A stretch of DNA of 64,000 bases from a virus. A program made the position numbers and the translations under genes. Positions 10,318 to 20,242 of this stretch are shown one piece after another (position 1 is the stretch's first letter; every line of letters starts with the position of its first letter). Location of the stretch: positions 34,384 through 98,383 of the IMG/VR virus record IMGVR_UViG_3300049484_000177. One strand, 5' to 3'. A model generated the notes under the pieces. The model was given only the letters and a program-made list of their open reading frames with translations, was not told where the DNA came from and searched no databases.

Positions 10318-10322
10318 CTATA

Positions 10323-10577
10323 ATGGATCACTACAACAAACTCTCGTACCAAGAGATCGAGAAGCTGGTCGATTATATTGACAAGGGGATGCGGACAATG
10401 AATGGTGATACCACCATGATCCCTTTGACAGCAAGGCAGGTAGCCATTCTATTGTGGACCTACGCAAAGAGAACAAGGCCAATGCCAGGGGCTTATATCT
10501 TCGCTGATATTCAGTGTATGCTGAGGGAAGGCCAGCTCTCAAACATTTCTCCGGATGAAAGGAGTCCTTTTGAGTGA
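10323..10577 (+). CDS. hypothetical protein
   Basis: Operon-packed ORF. Confidence 0.55.
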   Translation: MDHYNKLSYQEIEKLVDYIDKGMRTMNGDTTMIPLTARQVAILLWTYAKRTRPMPGAYIFADIQCMLREGQLSNISPDERSPFE

Positions 10578-12805
10578 AAGGATTCTTCAAACGATCTGAT
10601 TTGTTATTGATGGGCAGCAAGCCTGCTAATCTAGCCCCTCGCTGTAAAGTGTGTCGGTTGTATAGGGGATGCAATAGCCCCAAAATGCCGGTTACAGGTG
10701 AGGGTCGGTTAGGTGTGTTAGTGATTGCGGAAGCGCCGGGAGCGAAAGAGGATGAGCGAAACGAGCAGCTTATAGGTAAGGCTGGTCAGCGGCTACGGAG
10801 TACACTCGAACCGTTAGGGGTTGATCTAGACGAGGACTGCTGGAAGACCAATGCAATCATTTGTTTTATAAGTCCAAAAGTGACAATTTATACAAGCAAA
10901 GGTTACAAACAGATAAGTAGAATACAAGTAGGGGATCTCGTGTTAACTGACAAGGGAAGATTCAAGCGAGTAATATCAAGATCTGTGGATCTCCCTTTGC
11001 ATCAAAGACAGAATAAAAGAAAGCTGGTAGATATCAGATTCGCAAACCATAAGTTAACAGTCACGGCAGATCACTTATTTTATACTAGAGATGGATGGAA
11101 AAGAGCAGATCAACTATTAACTGGTGAAGAAGTAAGAGCGCTGGGAGAAAAATGCATAGTTTGTGGTGTTGTGTATTTCAAACAACCAGGTAGGTTCGAT
11201 ACCGCAGAGAGTACATGCTCTCCTTGTTGTCATAACATAATGGTAAGTAGAAAGAACGGACCAGCTATATCAAAGAGCTTGAGACAACAATACGAGACAG
11301 GACAACGTGACCCAATATTAATCACTAACAAAGCTCATTTAGCAGTCAAGAAGCTTATGCTAGATGGTAAATGGGCTGATATGACTGCACGAACTGATGA
11401 AGGAAAAAAGAGGGCCTATAGGACAAATGCACAACTGAGACAAGGACATAATAATCTTAAACCAGGACAATGGATAGGTGATTGGGAGCAAACGATAGCT
11501 AATTATCTAAAATCAGAGAACATAGAATACTTCTCGCAATATGCTATAGGTTCCAGAAATGTAGATTTTTATTTACCTGACCACAAGCTCATGATCGAGG
11601 TAGAAAATAACAATAGACCAGAATCGTACTTCTCCAGAAGAATTAAATTAGCAGAATCAATGGGTTGTAAACTAGTCTTTTTGCAATCAACTAACCCATT
11701 GAGAGAATTGCAGAGATTACTAAAGAATGACACACACAACTATTACTTTACATGGATGCCACTCAAATCAGTAACAATAAGACTCCCCGCACGGCAGGAG
11801 TATCTTTATTGTATCGAAGTAGAGGAGGATGCCAGTTATGTAGCCAAAGGATTAGTCAGCCACAATTGTCGCCCCCCAAATAATAGAACACCAACCGAAG
11901 AGGAGTTAGATTGCTGCCGTCCTAACCTAGTAAAAACCATCGAGGAGTTGCAACCTCATACAATCATTGTATTAGGGGAGGTAGCACTCAGGCAGCTCAT
12001 CAATCCGTGGTGGCACAGAGATATTGGTGGTATAGGAAGGTGGGCCGGATTTAGGATACCACTACAATCGTTGAATGCTTGGGTCTGCCCCACCTGGCAC
12101 CCGTCGTATCTTGAGCGGGAAGGTGCTAAGGATGGTAACGTTCTTCAGTTATGGTTTAGTAAGCATCTAGAATCGGCATTTGAAAAGAAGGAACGTCCTT
12201 GGTCTATAGTACCTAACTACCAAGCCATAGTGGAACAGGCACTCGATCCATCTAGCATCATGGAAGAGATGAAAGACTATAGTGGCATGGCCAGTTTCGA
12301 TTATGAAACAAACATGCTGAAGCCCGATAACAATAAGGCTGCTTGTGTTAGCTGTTCGATTGCTTGGGGTAAGGGTAGAGTATCACGTTGTATTGCTTAT
12401 GTTATGACCGCAGAGAACAAAAGGCTCACCCGATCCTTCTTACGCTCCCCTATTCCGAAGATAGGAGCATCAATCAAGTTCGAAGAGCGTTGGTCGCTGC
12501 GTCATTTCGGAACTAGGGTTCGTAACTGGTTCTGGGACACAATGCTATGTGCTCACGTTTTAGACAATCGGCCAGGCATAACATCCCTTGATTTCCAAGC
12601 ATTCGTTCGATTAGGATTACCAACATACAGTGCTCATATATCTCCGTTGCTCAAAACTAAGGATGGGACAACCGTCAACCAGATCCTAACGGAGATTAGT
12701 ACCTCAGAGCTACTCAAGTATAATGGGCTGGATGCCATATCGGAATTTGAGGTAGCGGTTAGTCAGATGAAGGAGTTGGGTCAACGTCCACCATGGATCT
12801 CTTAG
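10574..12805 (+). CDS. family-4 uracil-DNA glycosylase fused to 3'-5' exonuclease (N-terminal part of split DNA polymerase), intein-containing
   Basis: Cxx[23 protein letters not shown] motifs; Exo motifs FDYET, DTML, YNGLDA. Confidence 0.9.
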   Translation: MKGFFKRSDLLLMGSKPANLAPRCKVCRLYRGCNSPKMPVTGEGRLGVLVIAEAPGAKEDERNEQLIGKAGQRLRSTLEPLGVDLDEDCWKTNAIICFISPKVTIYTSKGYKQISRIQVGDLVLTDKGRFKRVISRSVDLPLHQRQNKRKLVDIRFANHKLTVTADHLFYTRDGWKRADQLLTGEEVRALGEKCIVCGVVYFKQPGRFDTAESTCSPCCHNIMVSRKNGPAISKSLRQQYETGQRDPILITNKAHLAVKKLMLDGKWADMTARTDEGKKRAYRTNAQLRQGHNNLKPGQWIGDWEQTIANYLKSENIEYFSQYAIGSRNVDFYLPDHKLMIEVENNNRPESYFSRRIKLAESMGCKLVFLQSTNPLRELQRLLKNDTHNYYFTWMPLKSVTIRLPARQEYLYCIEVEEDASYVAKGLVSHNCRPPNNRTPTEEELDCCRPNLVKTIEELQPHTIIVLGEVALRQLINPWWHRDIGGIGRWAGFRIPLQSLNAWVCPTWHPSYLEREGAKDGNVLQLWFSKHLESAFEKKERPWSIVPNYQAIVEQALDPSSIMEEMKDYSGMASFDYETNMLKPDNNKAACVSCSIAWGKGRVSRCIAYVMTAENKRLTRSFLRSPIPKIGASIKFEERWSLRHFGTRVRNWFWDTMLCAHVLDNRPGITSLDFQAFVRLGLPTYSAHISPLLKTKDGTTVNQILTEISTSELLKYNGLDAISEFEVAVSQMKELGQRPPWIS
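10862..11866 (+). mobile_element. intein (335 aa) with Vsr/DUF559-like endonuclease
   Basis: Begins CFISPK; block B VTADH; ends VSHN before Cys; removal restores TNAII-CRPP. Confidence 0.9.
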
Positions 12806-12821
12806 AGAAAGGAGATGGACA

Positions 12822-13037
12822 ATGTTAGTGCTATCGAGGAAACGGGGAGAATCGATAATCATTGGGGATGGCATCAAGATCGTCATTGTTGACGTCCGGG
12901 GAGACAAAGTTCGCTTAGGAGTTCAAGCGTCACCAGAAATCCCAGTTCACAGGGAAGAGGTTTACAATGCCATTCAGAGGGAGAAACAAGCCAATACCAA
13001 ATGTGGTGAGGGTTGGTCAGGTAGCCTTTTATTATGA
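12822..13037 (+). CDS. csrA: carbon storage regulator CsrA
   Basis: [15 protein letters not shown]...[16 protein letters not shown]. Confidence 0.95.
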   Translation: MLVLSRKRGESIIIGDGIKIVIVDVRGDKVRLGVQASPEIPVHREEVYNAIQREKQANTKCGEGWSGSLLL

Positions 13038-13048
13038 TAATCTACTAC

Positions 13049-13160
13049 GACCGAGTGGCGGAAATACCGGGCGATGAGTCCTGTCGGCAGACGCGCCAGC
13101 CTATAGCTGGTGTCTAGGTGCAAATCCTGGGACGTATGGGTTCGAATCCCATCTCGGTCA
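13049..13160 (+). tRNA. atypical tRNA-Leu-like RNA (5-nt anticodon loop, enlarged D loop)
   Basis: Acceptor GACCGAG/CTCGGTC+A; TGGCGGAA...GGCAGACGC; T arm ATGGG-TTCGAAT-CCCAT. Confidence 0.7.
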
Positions 13161-13161
13161 C

Positions 13162-13580
13162 TGAATGAAGTAGTTATGAGCAGCCGTACATCATATAACC
13201 GACCTCATGGTAAATCGCGAAAGCGATGGTCGGGAATTGGTGTTCATGGTTGTCGTAACTGGTGGGCTGAATGGTTGGTATGGGAGGAACCCGCGGGGAA
13301 GGCCCGGCGGTTCCGGATAGTTTCTTCAACGCCATTAGCTCCAACCGGGATAAGCTCCGGTGGCTGTGGGAGAACGCTCGTTAGTAGGCGGGTGCTTCCA
13401 CCTAACATATTCACGAGTGGCTTTGGCTAAACACACGTCCCGGCACGGTAGCATTGCCGGGCATTTCCGTTAGAGCGACACGGCAATAACGTCGTGTGGC
13501 AGCGATGTCAACGTACCCACTGACTCGCTGCAAAAAGCAGTGTGGCCCCGAGCTGCTTGTACAATCTCGGGGCTTATTCA
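13162..13580 (+). ncRNA. candidate large multi-hairpin ncRNA (~420 nt)
   Basis: Closing stem TGAATGAAGT/GCTTATTCA; about 8 radiating hairpins with many G-U pairs; no credible ORF. Confidence 0.65.
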
Positions 13581-13609
13581 ATACTTACCCTTACAAGCAA
13601 AGACTACCT

Positions 13610-14833
13610 ATGGACAATAAACCATCCAAATACAAAGCACCGTTCCCATACTTCGGCAGCAAGAGCATCATAGCTGGGGAGGTATGGAAGAGGTTTGGGA
13701 AGGTGCATAACTATATCGAGCCGTTCTTTGGGTCTGGGGCAGTGTTGTTAGCTCGACCCCTTCCGTTCTCAGGTAAAGAAATATGCAATGACAAGGATGG
13801 CATGGTGAGTAATTTCTGGAGGGCAGTTGCCCACGATCCAGAAAAGGTGGCTCATTATGCTGATTGGCCAATTAACGAAAATGACAAACACGCCCGTCAC
13901 ATATGGTTGGTTAACAGGAAAGATTCATTACAGACCAAACTAGAGGGAGATCCAAATTATTACAACGCGAAGATAGCTGGATGGTGGGTGTGGGGCCTGT
14001 GTCTACATATTGGGGGCGGATTCTGCTCAGGAGAAGGTGGATGGAGAATAATCGATGGAGAATTAACGAGAGGTAATAATGAAGAAGATTCTCCTACTAT
14101 AGATAGGTCGAGACAGCAAACTATAGGAAACAGAGGAGTAGCTAAGGCTGTAACTAGATCCAGGCAACATCTCAAAGGGAATAGAGGAGTAGCTAAGGCT
14201 GTAACTAGATCCAGGCAATATATGGTATCCAGACAAGGAATCATCAAAACAATCACAGAAGAGTGGGGGGTAAACAGGTCTGTTATAAATATAGGAGCCA
14301 AGAGAGGTGTACTAAGATCAAGTGAAAGAGGTAACTCAGAAGGGGCCGGACTAGGCAACGGTACTATTTATGAATGGTTTGATGCACTATGCGGACGTAT
14401 GAAATCGGTCCTGATTTGTTGTGGCGAATGGTATCGTGTGTGTGGGGGAAAGAGAGGGGATGCATTAGCTGCCATGTTATCTGGTGGTCCGACGTGTGGT
14501 GTGTTCTTGGACCCTCCTTATTCTTTTGATGCAGGTCGTGATATGAATCTCTATAGATACGAATCAGGTAGTGTAGCGTATGCCGTGCGTGAATGGTGTC
14601 TAAAATATGGAGACGACTCGCGATTTCGTATAGCGCTCTGTGGGTATGAAAGTGAGCATAATATGCCTGATTCATGGGAGTGTCTAGAGTGGAAAGGCAC
14701 AGGTGGAATGTCTAACATGGCCAAAAAGAAAACCAGAGCGAAAGATAACGCCATACGCGAACGTATATGGTTCTCACCACACTGTCTAAAAGCAAAGGAT
14801 CGTCTTCCACTACTTAAGATGTTAGATAAATAA
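13610..14833 (+). CDS. Dam-like (D12 class) DNA adenine methyltransferase
   Basis: PFPYFGSK, YIEPFFGSGAV, FLDPPY. Confidence 0.9.
   Translation: MDNKPSKYKAPFPYFGSKSIIAGEVWKRFGKVHNYIEPFFGSGAVLLARPLPFSGKEICNDKDGMVSNFWRAVAHDPEKVAHYADWPINENDKHARHIWLVNRKDSLQTKLEGDPNYYNAKIAGWWVWGLCLHIGGGFCSGEGGWRIIDGELTRGNNEEDSPTIDRSRQQTIGNRGVAKAVTRSRQHLKGNRGVAKAVTRSRQYMVSRQGIIKTITEEWGVNRSVINIGAKRGVLRSSERGNSEGAGLGNGTIYEWFDALCGRMKSVLICCGEWYRVCGGKRGDALAAMLSGGPTCGVFLDPPYSFDAGRDMNLYRYESGSVAYAVREWCLKYGDDSRFRIALCGYESEHNMPDSWECLEWKGTGGMSNMAKKKTRAKDNAIRERIWFSPHCLKAKDRLPLLKMLDK
14105..14257 (+). repeat. 51-bp tandem repeat (17-aa unit x3) within the methyltransferase
   Basis: Exact 36-mer at 14132 and 14183; RSRQ...GNRGVAKAVT units. 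Confidence 0.85.
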
Positions 14834-14835
14834 CA

Positions 14836-16224
14836 ATGGCAAGTAATCCAACATCCTTAGATGCTTATAGGCTCATGCACGATGGGTCTATCGCTCTGTC
14901 TCAGTTGGAACATAATGGCATTCGGGTTGATATGGACCATCTCCGCAAAGCAAAGGCTGAAGTGGAGGAATCAATAAGACGTCTCAAAGCTAATCTATTA
15001 TCTAGTGACGTCTACCAAAGCCAGAGAAAGATGTTCGGAGACAAAGCAAAGATCACCAGCCGCCAGCAGTTAGCTAAGGTTCTAGAGAAAGATTATAAGG
15101 CAACCATACCAAAGACCGAAAGCGGTAAGAACTATAACCTGGACGAACTTGTCCTTCAGGCAGTTGCATCCAAACACGACGTCCAATACTGCCGGGACTT
15201 CATGGAACACGAAAGTCTCGTCAAGCTTAATGGTACATATCTGGATGGTGTAATACGGGAGGTTGTGGATGGTTACCTTCACGTTATATTCAATCTACAT
15301 TTGGCTAGGACGCACCGTTCAAGTTGCGATAGCCCAAACCTACAAAATGTACCAATTCGTGATCCTCTCATAGCTAAATACATTCGCACAGCATTCATCC
15401 CACGCCCTGGTCACGCTCTGGTAGAGATCGATTTCAGTGCGTTGGAGTTTCGTATTTGTGCTTGCTTTTATCGTGACCCAGCTATGGTCCAATATGCCAG
15501 CGATCCTGACAAAGACATTCACCGGGATTGTGCAGCTAAGATATTCAAAGCCAACCGGGATGACATAACGAAACAGGATCGTTTCTGTGCAAAGAACCTG
15601 TTCGTGTTCCCCGAGTTGTATGGGGATTTCTACTTACAGTGTGCTCAGAATCTGTGGGATGCTATGAGTAGGCATTCCCTAACCATACAAAACACGCCAG
15701 CAAAGGAGTGGCTGAGCAATAATGGGGTCACTAGGTTAGGTGAATGTGATTCGAAGAAGAAGCCTGTACCTGGCACCTTCGAACATCACATGAAGAAGTT
15801 CGAGGATGAATTCTATCAGTGGTTTCCGGTGCTAGATGAACGTAGGGACAAGTTCTGGGCTGAGTACAAGAAGACCGGTCAGTTCGATCTAATGACTGGG
15901 TTTGTTATTAGGGGTGTGTTCAAACGTAACTTCGTCCTTAACTGTATCATTCAAGGCCCGGCGTTTCACTTGTTGCTGTGGTCCCTGATACAGATAGTTA
16001 GGTGGACCCAAAAGCACAAGACCAAGACAAAGGTAGTGGCACAGATTCACGATAGTATACTGGCCGACGTCCATCTGAGTGAGCTAGATGAGTACATGGA
16101 ATTCGCCGTTAAGGTTATGACCCAAATGGTGAAAGAGCACTATCGTTGGGTTATAACTCCTTTGAATGTAGAGGCTGAAATTGGAAGATTGAACTGGTAC
16201 GAAAAGGAGAAGCTTGCAATATGA
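14836..16224 (+). CDS. polA: family A DNA polymerase, polymerase domain only
   Basis: PNLQNVP, motif A IDFSALEFR, motif B RFCAKNLFVFPELYG, motif C QIHDS. Confidence 0.95.
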   Translation: MASNPTSLDAYRLMHDGSIALSQLEHNGIRVDMDHLRKAKAEVEESIRRLKANLLSSDVYQSQRKMFGDKAKITSRQQLAKVLEKDYKATIPKTESGKNYNLDELVLQAVASKHDVQYCRDFMEHESLVKLNGTYLDGVIREVVDGYLHVIFNLHLARTHRSSCDSPNLQNVPIRDPLIAKYIRTAFIPRPGHALVEIDFSALEFRICACFYRDPAMVQYASDPDKDIHRDCAAKIFKANRDDITKQDRFCAKNLFVFPELYGDFYLQCAQNLWDAMSRHSLTIQNTPAKEWLSNNGVTRLGECDSKKKPVPGTFEHHMKKFEDEFYQWFPVLDERRDKFWAEYKKTGQFDLMTGFVIRGVFKRNFVLNCIIQGPAFHLLLWSLIQIVRWTQKHKTKTKVVAQIHDSILADVHLSELDEYMEFAVKVMTQMVKEHYRWVITPLNVEAEIGRLNWYEKEKLAI

Positions 16225-16967
16225 CTAGTCCAATCAAGGATGAATGGATATCTAAGGATGGCAGGATTAGGTTACTGTTAGGTAACTGTCTGGAGATCCT
16301 ACCAACACTGAAGATCGGAAGTGTGAATATAGTAATTGATCCTCCTTACGGTATTAACGAGAAGTGGGGGTGTGGCAAAGGATGGGTATCAAATGGAATC
16401 AATGGACGTGGTCGACTGTGGAACGGCACACCAGACTGGGACAAAGAACCAGCATGGCGTGAAGTACAAGTTACTCTTGCATTAATACATCATTATGCAA
16501 TTATATGGGGAGGAAACTACTTTGACCTACCACCTGCCTCTGGTTGGTTGGTTTGGGACAAGATGCAAATACACACTGGAAGTCACGCAGAGTTAGCTTG
16601 GTCTAATATACCTCAACCAATACGAACATTCAGAATGAGCCGTATTGATGCTTATGTCAATATTGGGGAATATAAACAACACCCAAACCAGAAACCAACG
16701 AGGTTAATGTCATGGTGCCTGTCATTCATTAAGGGTGACTTGCCCATTCTTGATTCAATGATGGGTTCAGGAACAACTGGTGTGGCTTGTGTTTATGAAG
16801 ATCGTCGATTTATTGGAATTGAAATCGACCCCACCTATTATGAGATTGCTAAGAAGCGTATTCATAATGCAATGACAGATAAATCCAGACGATTTCAACT
16901 CACAAGCACCAAGAAGTTAACTACATCATCTCTGTTCCCAATAGAAAAGAACAAGAGGCCAAAATGA
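16221..16967 (+). CDS. N6A/N4C DNA methyltransferase (beta class)
   Basis: DPPYG, HPNQKP, DSMMGSGTT. Confidence 0.92.
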   Translation: MTSPIKDEWISKDGRIRLLLGNCLEILPTLKIGSVNIVIDPPYGINEKWGCGKGWVSNGINGRGRLWNGTPDWDKEPAWREVQVTLALIHHYAIIWGGNYFDLPPASGWLVWDKMQIHTGSHAELAWSNIPQPIRTFRMSRIDAYVNIGEYKQHPNQKPTRLMSWCLSFIKGDLPILDSMMGSGTTGVACVYEDRRFIGIEIDPTYYEIAKKRIHNAMTDKSRRFQLTSTKKLTTSSLFPIEKNKRPK

Positions 16968-17899
16968 CAACAGTAGAACTGTACCGCCGGTATCGTCCGA
17001 CCTCCCTGGAAGGTCTGATTGGTCAAGACAAGGTAGTCAAGATGGTAGGAGCTATGCTGGAGAAGGGCAAAATCCCGCATTGCATACTAGCCAGCGGTCC
17101 GTCTGGTTGTGGCAAAACCACTATCTTCAGAATATTACGAGCATCCCTGAATTGCTCTGACATGGATTTCAAGGAGATCAACGCTGCTGATTTCCGGGGC
17201 ATTGATTTCATACGTGACATAAGGCAAAGCCTTAACCTCAGTCCGATGAATGGGGATGCTAAGGTATGGTTAGTAGATGAATGTCACCAGCTAACCGCCC
17301 AGGCGCAGGAATCGTTCCTCAAGATGCTAGAGGACACACCATCTCATGTCTACTTCTTCCTGGCATCTACCGACCCACAGAAACTCAAGAAGACCATCAT
17401 CACCCGCAGCACCCACCTTCAGTTAGAGGCACTAAACGAGCAACAGTTAGCCGGGCTGGTTAGCTCTGTGTACCGCAAGGAAACGAAGCAGAAGCTACCG
17501 CAGGCTATCGTCGATAAGATTGCCAATCTATCCGATGGGTCAGCCCGTAAGTCATTGGTATTGTTACATCAGATCATTAACCTAGACATGGAAGACGAGG
17601 ACAAGATACTCGATGCTCTGCAATCTACCTCGTCCGAACGTCAGTCCATTGAAATATGCCGGGCATTACTCAACCCAAGAACTGACTGGAAGACAATGGC
17701 TGCTATACTCAAAGGTGTGACAGACGATCCGGAACAAATAAGGTGGTTAGTTTTAGGGTACATGAAGTCGGTGGCGTTATCCGGTGGTAAGATTAGTAAT
17801 AGGGCATGCAGCATCATCGACGAGTTCCGAGACAACTTCTACGATAGCAAGCATGCTGGTCTTGTAGTATCTTGCTATCGCGTTATCGAAGGTCACTAA
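16964..17899 (+). CDS. dnaX: clamp loader, DnaX gamma/tau-like
   Basis: YRRYRP, GPSGCGKTT, VDECH, LKMLED. Confidence 0.9.
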   Translation: MTTVELYRRYRPTSLEGLIGQDKVVKMVGAMLEKGKIPHCILASGPSGCGKTTIFRILRASLNCSDMDFKEINAADFRGIDFIRDIRQSLNLSPMNGDAKVWLVDECHQLTAQAQESFLKMLEDTPSHVYFFLASTDPQKLKKTIITRSTHLQLEALNEQQLAGLVSSVYRKETKQKLPQAIVDKIANLSDGSARKSLVLLHQIINLDMEDEDKILDALQSTSSERQSIEICRALLNPRTDWKTMAAILKGVTDDPEQIRWLVLGYMKSVALSGGKISNRACSIIDEFRDNFYDSKHAGLVVSCYRVIEGH

Positions 17900-17901
17900 T
17901 A

Positions 17902-18591
17902 TTGGGTGCCATAAAAGACAAGTGGGAAAGCCCAGATGGTAGTATACGTTTGCTGTTAGGCAACAGCCTAGACATCGTGTCTGTCTTGGGATCTATAGAT
18001 ACCATCATAACAGATCCTCCTTACGGAATGTCTTACCGATCCAACCATAGAAAACCACAGACGAGGCATGACTATATCAGTGGGGATGAAGATACAGAAA
18101 TGTTGTTATGGGCATGCAACCTAAACGTCTCGTACAGTAAGTATGTTTTTTGTAGATGGGATAACATACCAAGTGTACCAAAACCCAATAGCATAGTAAC
18201 GTGGGTCAAGAACAACTGGTCTGGGGGAGATCTAAAACACGAACACGGCAGACAAACAGAAATCATTTTATTTTACGCTGGGGAAAACCATACTTTCCCT
18301 GATGGACGACCTCCGGACGTAGTTAACCATCGTAGAACCGATAACGAACATCACCCTAGCGAAAAGCCAGTAAGTCTAATGAGGAGAATCATCGAATGGA
18401 CAATAGGTACTGTGGTTGATCCATTTATGGGATCTGGATCAACGGGTCTAGCCTGCGTCATTACCAATCGACCATTTATAGGCATTGAAATCGATCCTTC
18501 CCATTTCAATACATCCAAAAAGCGTATTGTATCAGCATTGAAAGACAAGAGATCACAATTCAACCTGCTACCACGTCGTATGAAAGGTTAG
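17902..18591 (+). CDS. N6A/N4C DNA methyltransferase (beta class)
   Basis: TDPPYG, HPSEKP, DPFMGSGST; start codon uncertain. Confidence 0.9.
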   Translation: MGAIKDKWESPDGSIRLLLGNSLDIVSVLGSIDTIITDPPYGMSYRSNHRKPQTRHDYISGDEDTEMLLWACNLNVSYSKYVFCRWDNIPSVPKPNSIVTWVKNNWSGGDLKHEHGRQTEIILFYAGENHTFPDGRPPDVVNHRRTDNEHHPSEKPVSLMRRIIEWTIGTVVDPFMGSGSTGLACVITNRPFIGIEIDPSHFNTSKKRIVSALKDKRSQFNLLPRRMKG

Positions 18592-18635
18592 ACTACATTC
18601 TGTCATATCACAGGAATTAATCCCGAAGATATGGT

Positions 18636-18899
18636 ATGAATGTGGTGTTTCCTATGTCGTTAGCGATCCAAATTCTGTGCTGGGTGATTGTTGGGTGGGT
18701 CGTAGTCCGCTACGTGATGCCCATTACAGCCTATCACATTTCCAAGGCCGTTGCCTTGGGTTGGCTCGCGGGTTTCCACGTGTTTGTTAATGCAATGGAG
18801 GAACGTAAGTATGGTCAGTCAACGAGAGAAACGGGAACAGCGGAAGAAGCTGAGCGGGAGGAAAAGAGCAGAGGAGCACAAGAGCGGGTTCGAGACTAA
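18636..18899 (+). CDS. possible small membrane protein
   Basis: Two hydrophobic segments; overlaps the SSB start. Confidence 0.4.
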   Translation: MNVVFPMSLAIQILCWVIVGWVVVRYVMPITAYHISKAVALGWLAGFHVFVNAMEERKYGQSTRETGTAEEAEREEKSRGAQERVRD

Positions 18900-20151
18900 G
18901 TGCTTCAAGCTGCCGGACGGCAAGCGGCTGTTCACGGTCAAGCAGGAGGGAGTCAAGCGGATCGACATTATCCCCTATGAAGTACCCGAGGGTGTCCGCA
19001 ATCCCAACGCCCGATCCGGCGAATTGCACATGGAACGGACCTACTACGCCCACCGGGACGTCGGGCCGGATGGTGACATGTACCCCTGCCTGAAGAAGAC
19101 ATTCAACAAGCCCTGCCCTATCTGTGATTACCGGGCCAGCATGCTCAAAGACCCAGACGCCGACGAAGACCTCGTCAAGAGTATGGCTCCCAAGGAACGG
19201 CAGTTGTGGAACGTGTTCGATCACGACGAGCCCGAACGTGGCGTGCAAATCTGGGATGTGTCATTTCATCTGTTCGGCAAGCAGTTAGATGCTCGTGTGC
19301 TGAACTCTGACGAAGAGGACAACTACGAGTTCTACGCCGACCCCGTTGATGGTATGACGCTGAAGGTGGGATTCAAGGAAGAGTCATTCGGTAGGGGCAC
19401 CTTCTACACAACGTCCACCCTCGACTTCAAGGCCAGGAAAACGCCACTGTCGGACGAGTTGTTAGAGCAGGCGTTAGTCCTCGACAGCCTGCTCACCGAG
19501 TACAAATACGACCAGCTCAAAGAGGTCTTCCTGCAAACGGCTGAATCGGATGAAGATGAACCCATCCGTGAGCCAAAGAAGAAGGGCAAACCTCCGGTCG
19601 AGGAAGAGGTCGAGGAAGAAGAGCCTGACGAGGACGTTGATGAGGACGAGGACAACGAGGAGGAGGAGTTAGAGGAGGACGATGAAGAACAGGAAGCAGA
19701 GGACGAAGAAGAGGAGGAAGAGGAGGAGGAGGCTCCCAAATCAAAAAAGGCAAGTGCCGCGACTGCGGCAAAGACTTCATCCCCACCAACGAAATCAACG
19801 ACTACTGCGAAAACTGCCTCCCCTTCTAAGTCTAAGCCATCCCCAAAGACGGCCAAAGACTTCGGCATCGCCGTGAAAGACATCGTTGATCACGAAGAGT
19901 TCGGTGAGTGCGAAGTGGTGGCCATTAGCAAGGATGGATCGGCCGTCTATGTCATGGACAAGAAGAACAAGAAGCATTCGGTCGGCCCGGAGGAGTTGAC
20001 CAAGGTCGAGTTCGAGGACGATGAACCAGAGGAGAAAGAAAAGCCCAAGGCCAAATCCAAACCCACGGCCACAACATCCAAGGGCAAGGGAATGCCCGCC
20101 GCCAAGGAGGAAGAGGAAGAGTGGGATGAGGATTGGGACGAGGAAGGATAG
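18811..20151 (+). CDS. gp32-like single-stranded DNA-binding protein with long acidic tail
   Basis: YYAH...CLKK...CPIC Zn motif; ends EEEWDEDWDEEG; upstream of RecA. Confidence 0.8.
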   Translation: MVSQREKREQRKKLSGRKRAEEHKSGFETKCFKLPDGKRLFTVKQEGVKRIDIIPYEVPEGVRNPNARSGELHMERTYYAHRDVGPDGDMYPCLKKTFNKPCPICDYRASMLKDPDADEDLVKSMAPKERQLWNVFDHDEPERGVQIWDVSFHLFGKQLDARVLNSDEEDNYEFYADPVDGMTLKVGFKEESFGRGTFYTTSTLDFKARKTPLSDELLEQALVLDSLLTEYKYDQLKEVFLQTAESDEDEPIREPKKKGKPPVEEEVEEEEPDEDVDEDEDNEEEELEEDDEEQEAEDEEEEEEEEEAPKSKKASAATAAKTSSPPTKSTTTAKTASPSKSKPSPKTAKDFGIAVKDIVDHEEFGECEVVAISKDGSAVYVMDKKNKKHSVGPEELTKVEFEDDEPEEKEKPKAKSKPTATTSKGKGMPAAKEEEEEWDEDWDEEG

Positions 20152-20170
20152 GAAGAGTAGTTCACACCCC

Positions 20171-20235
20171 TCCCAGCCGGTTGATCCTCCCGTTTAGAGG
20201 CCCTTCACGGTGGTTGATCCCGGCTGGGACTTTTT
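20171..20235 (+). terminator. long hairpin terminator after SSB
   Basis: TCCCAGCCGG/CCGGCTGGGA followed by TTTTT. Confidence 0.55.
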
Positions 20236-20242
20236 GGTCCAT

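Noticed and set aside
13162-13580. RNase P RNA or tmRNA
   Set aside because: The 3' GGCTTAT resembles RNase P, but GAGGAAAGTCC is absent; no tmRNA acceptor ends or tag reading frame
13110-13609. ORF 13110-13430 and the N-terminal extension of the methyltransferase
   Set aside because: They overlap the tRNA-like element and structured RNA; no protein-like features
12806-14835. Group I/II intron interrupting the polymerase
   Set aside because: No P/Q/R/S elements or domain V seen; both ORFs have their own start and stop, and ordinary genes intervene
19404-20165. Ser-rich antisense ORFs opposite SSB (and similar shadow ORFs elsewhere)
   Set aside because: Mirror of the Glu/Asp codon runs on the coding strand
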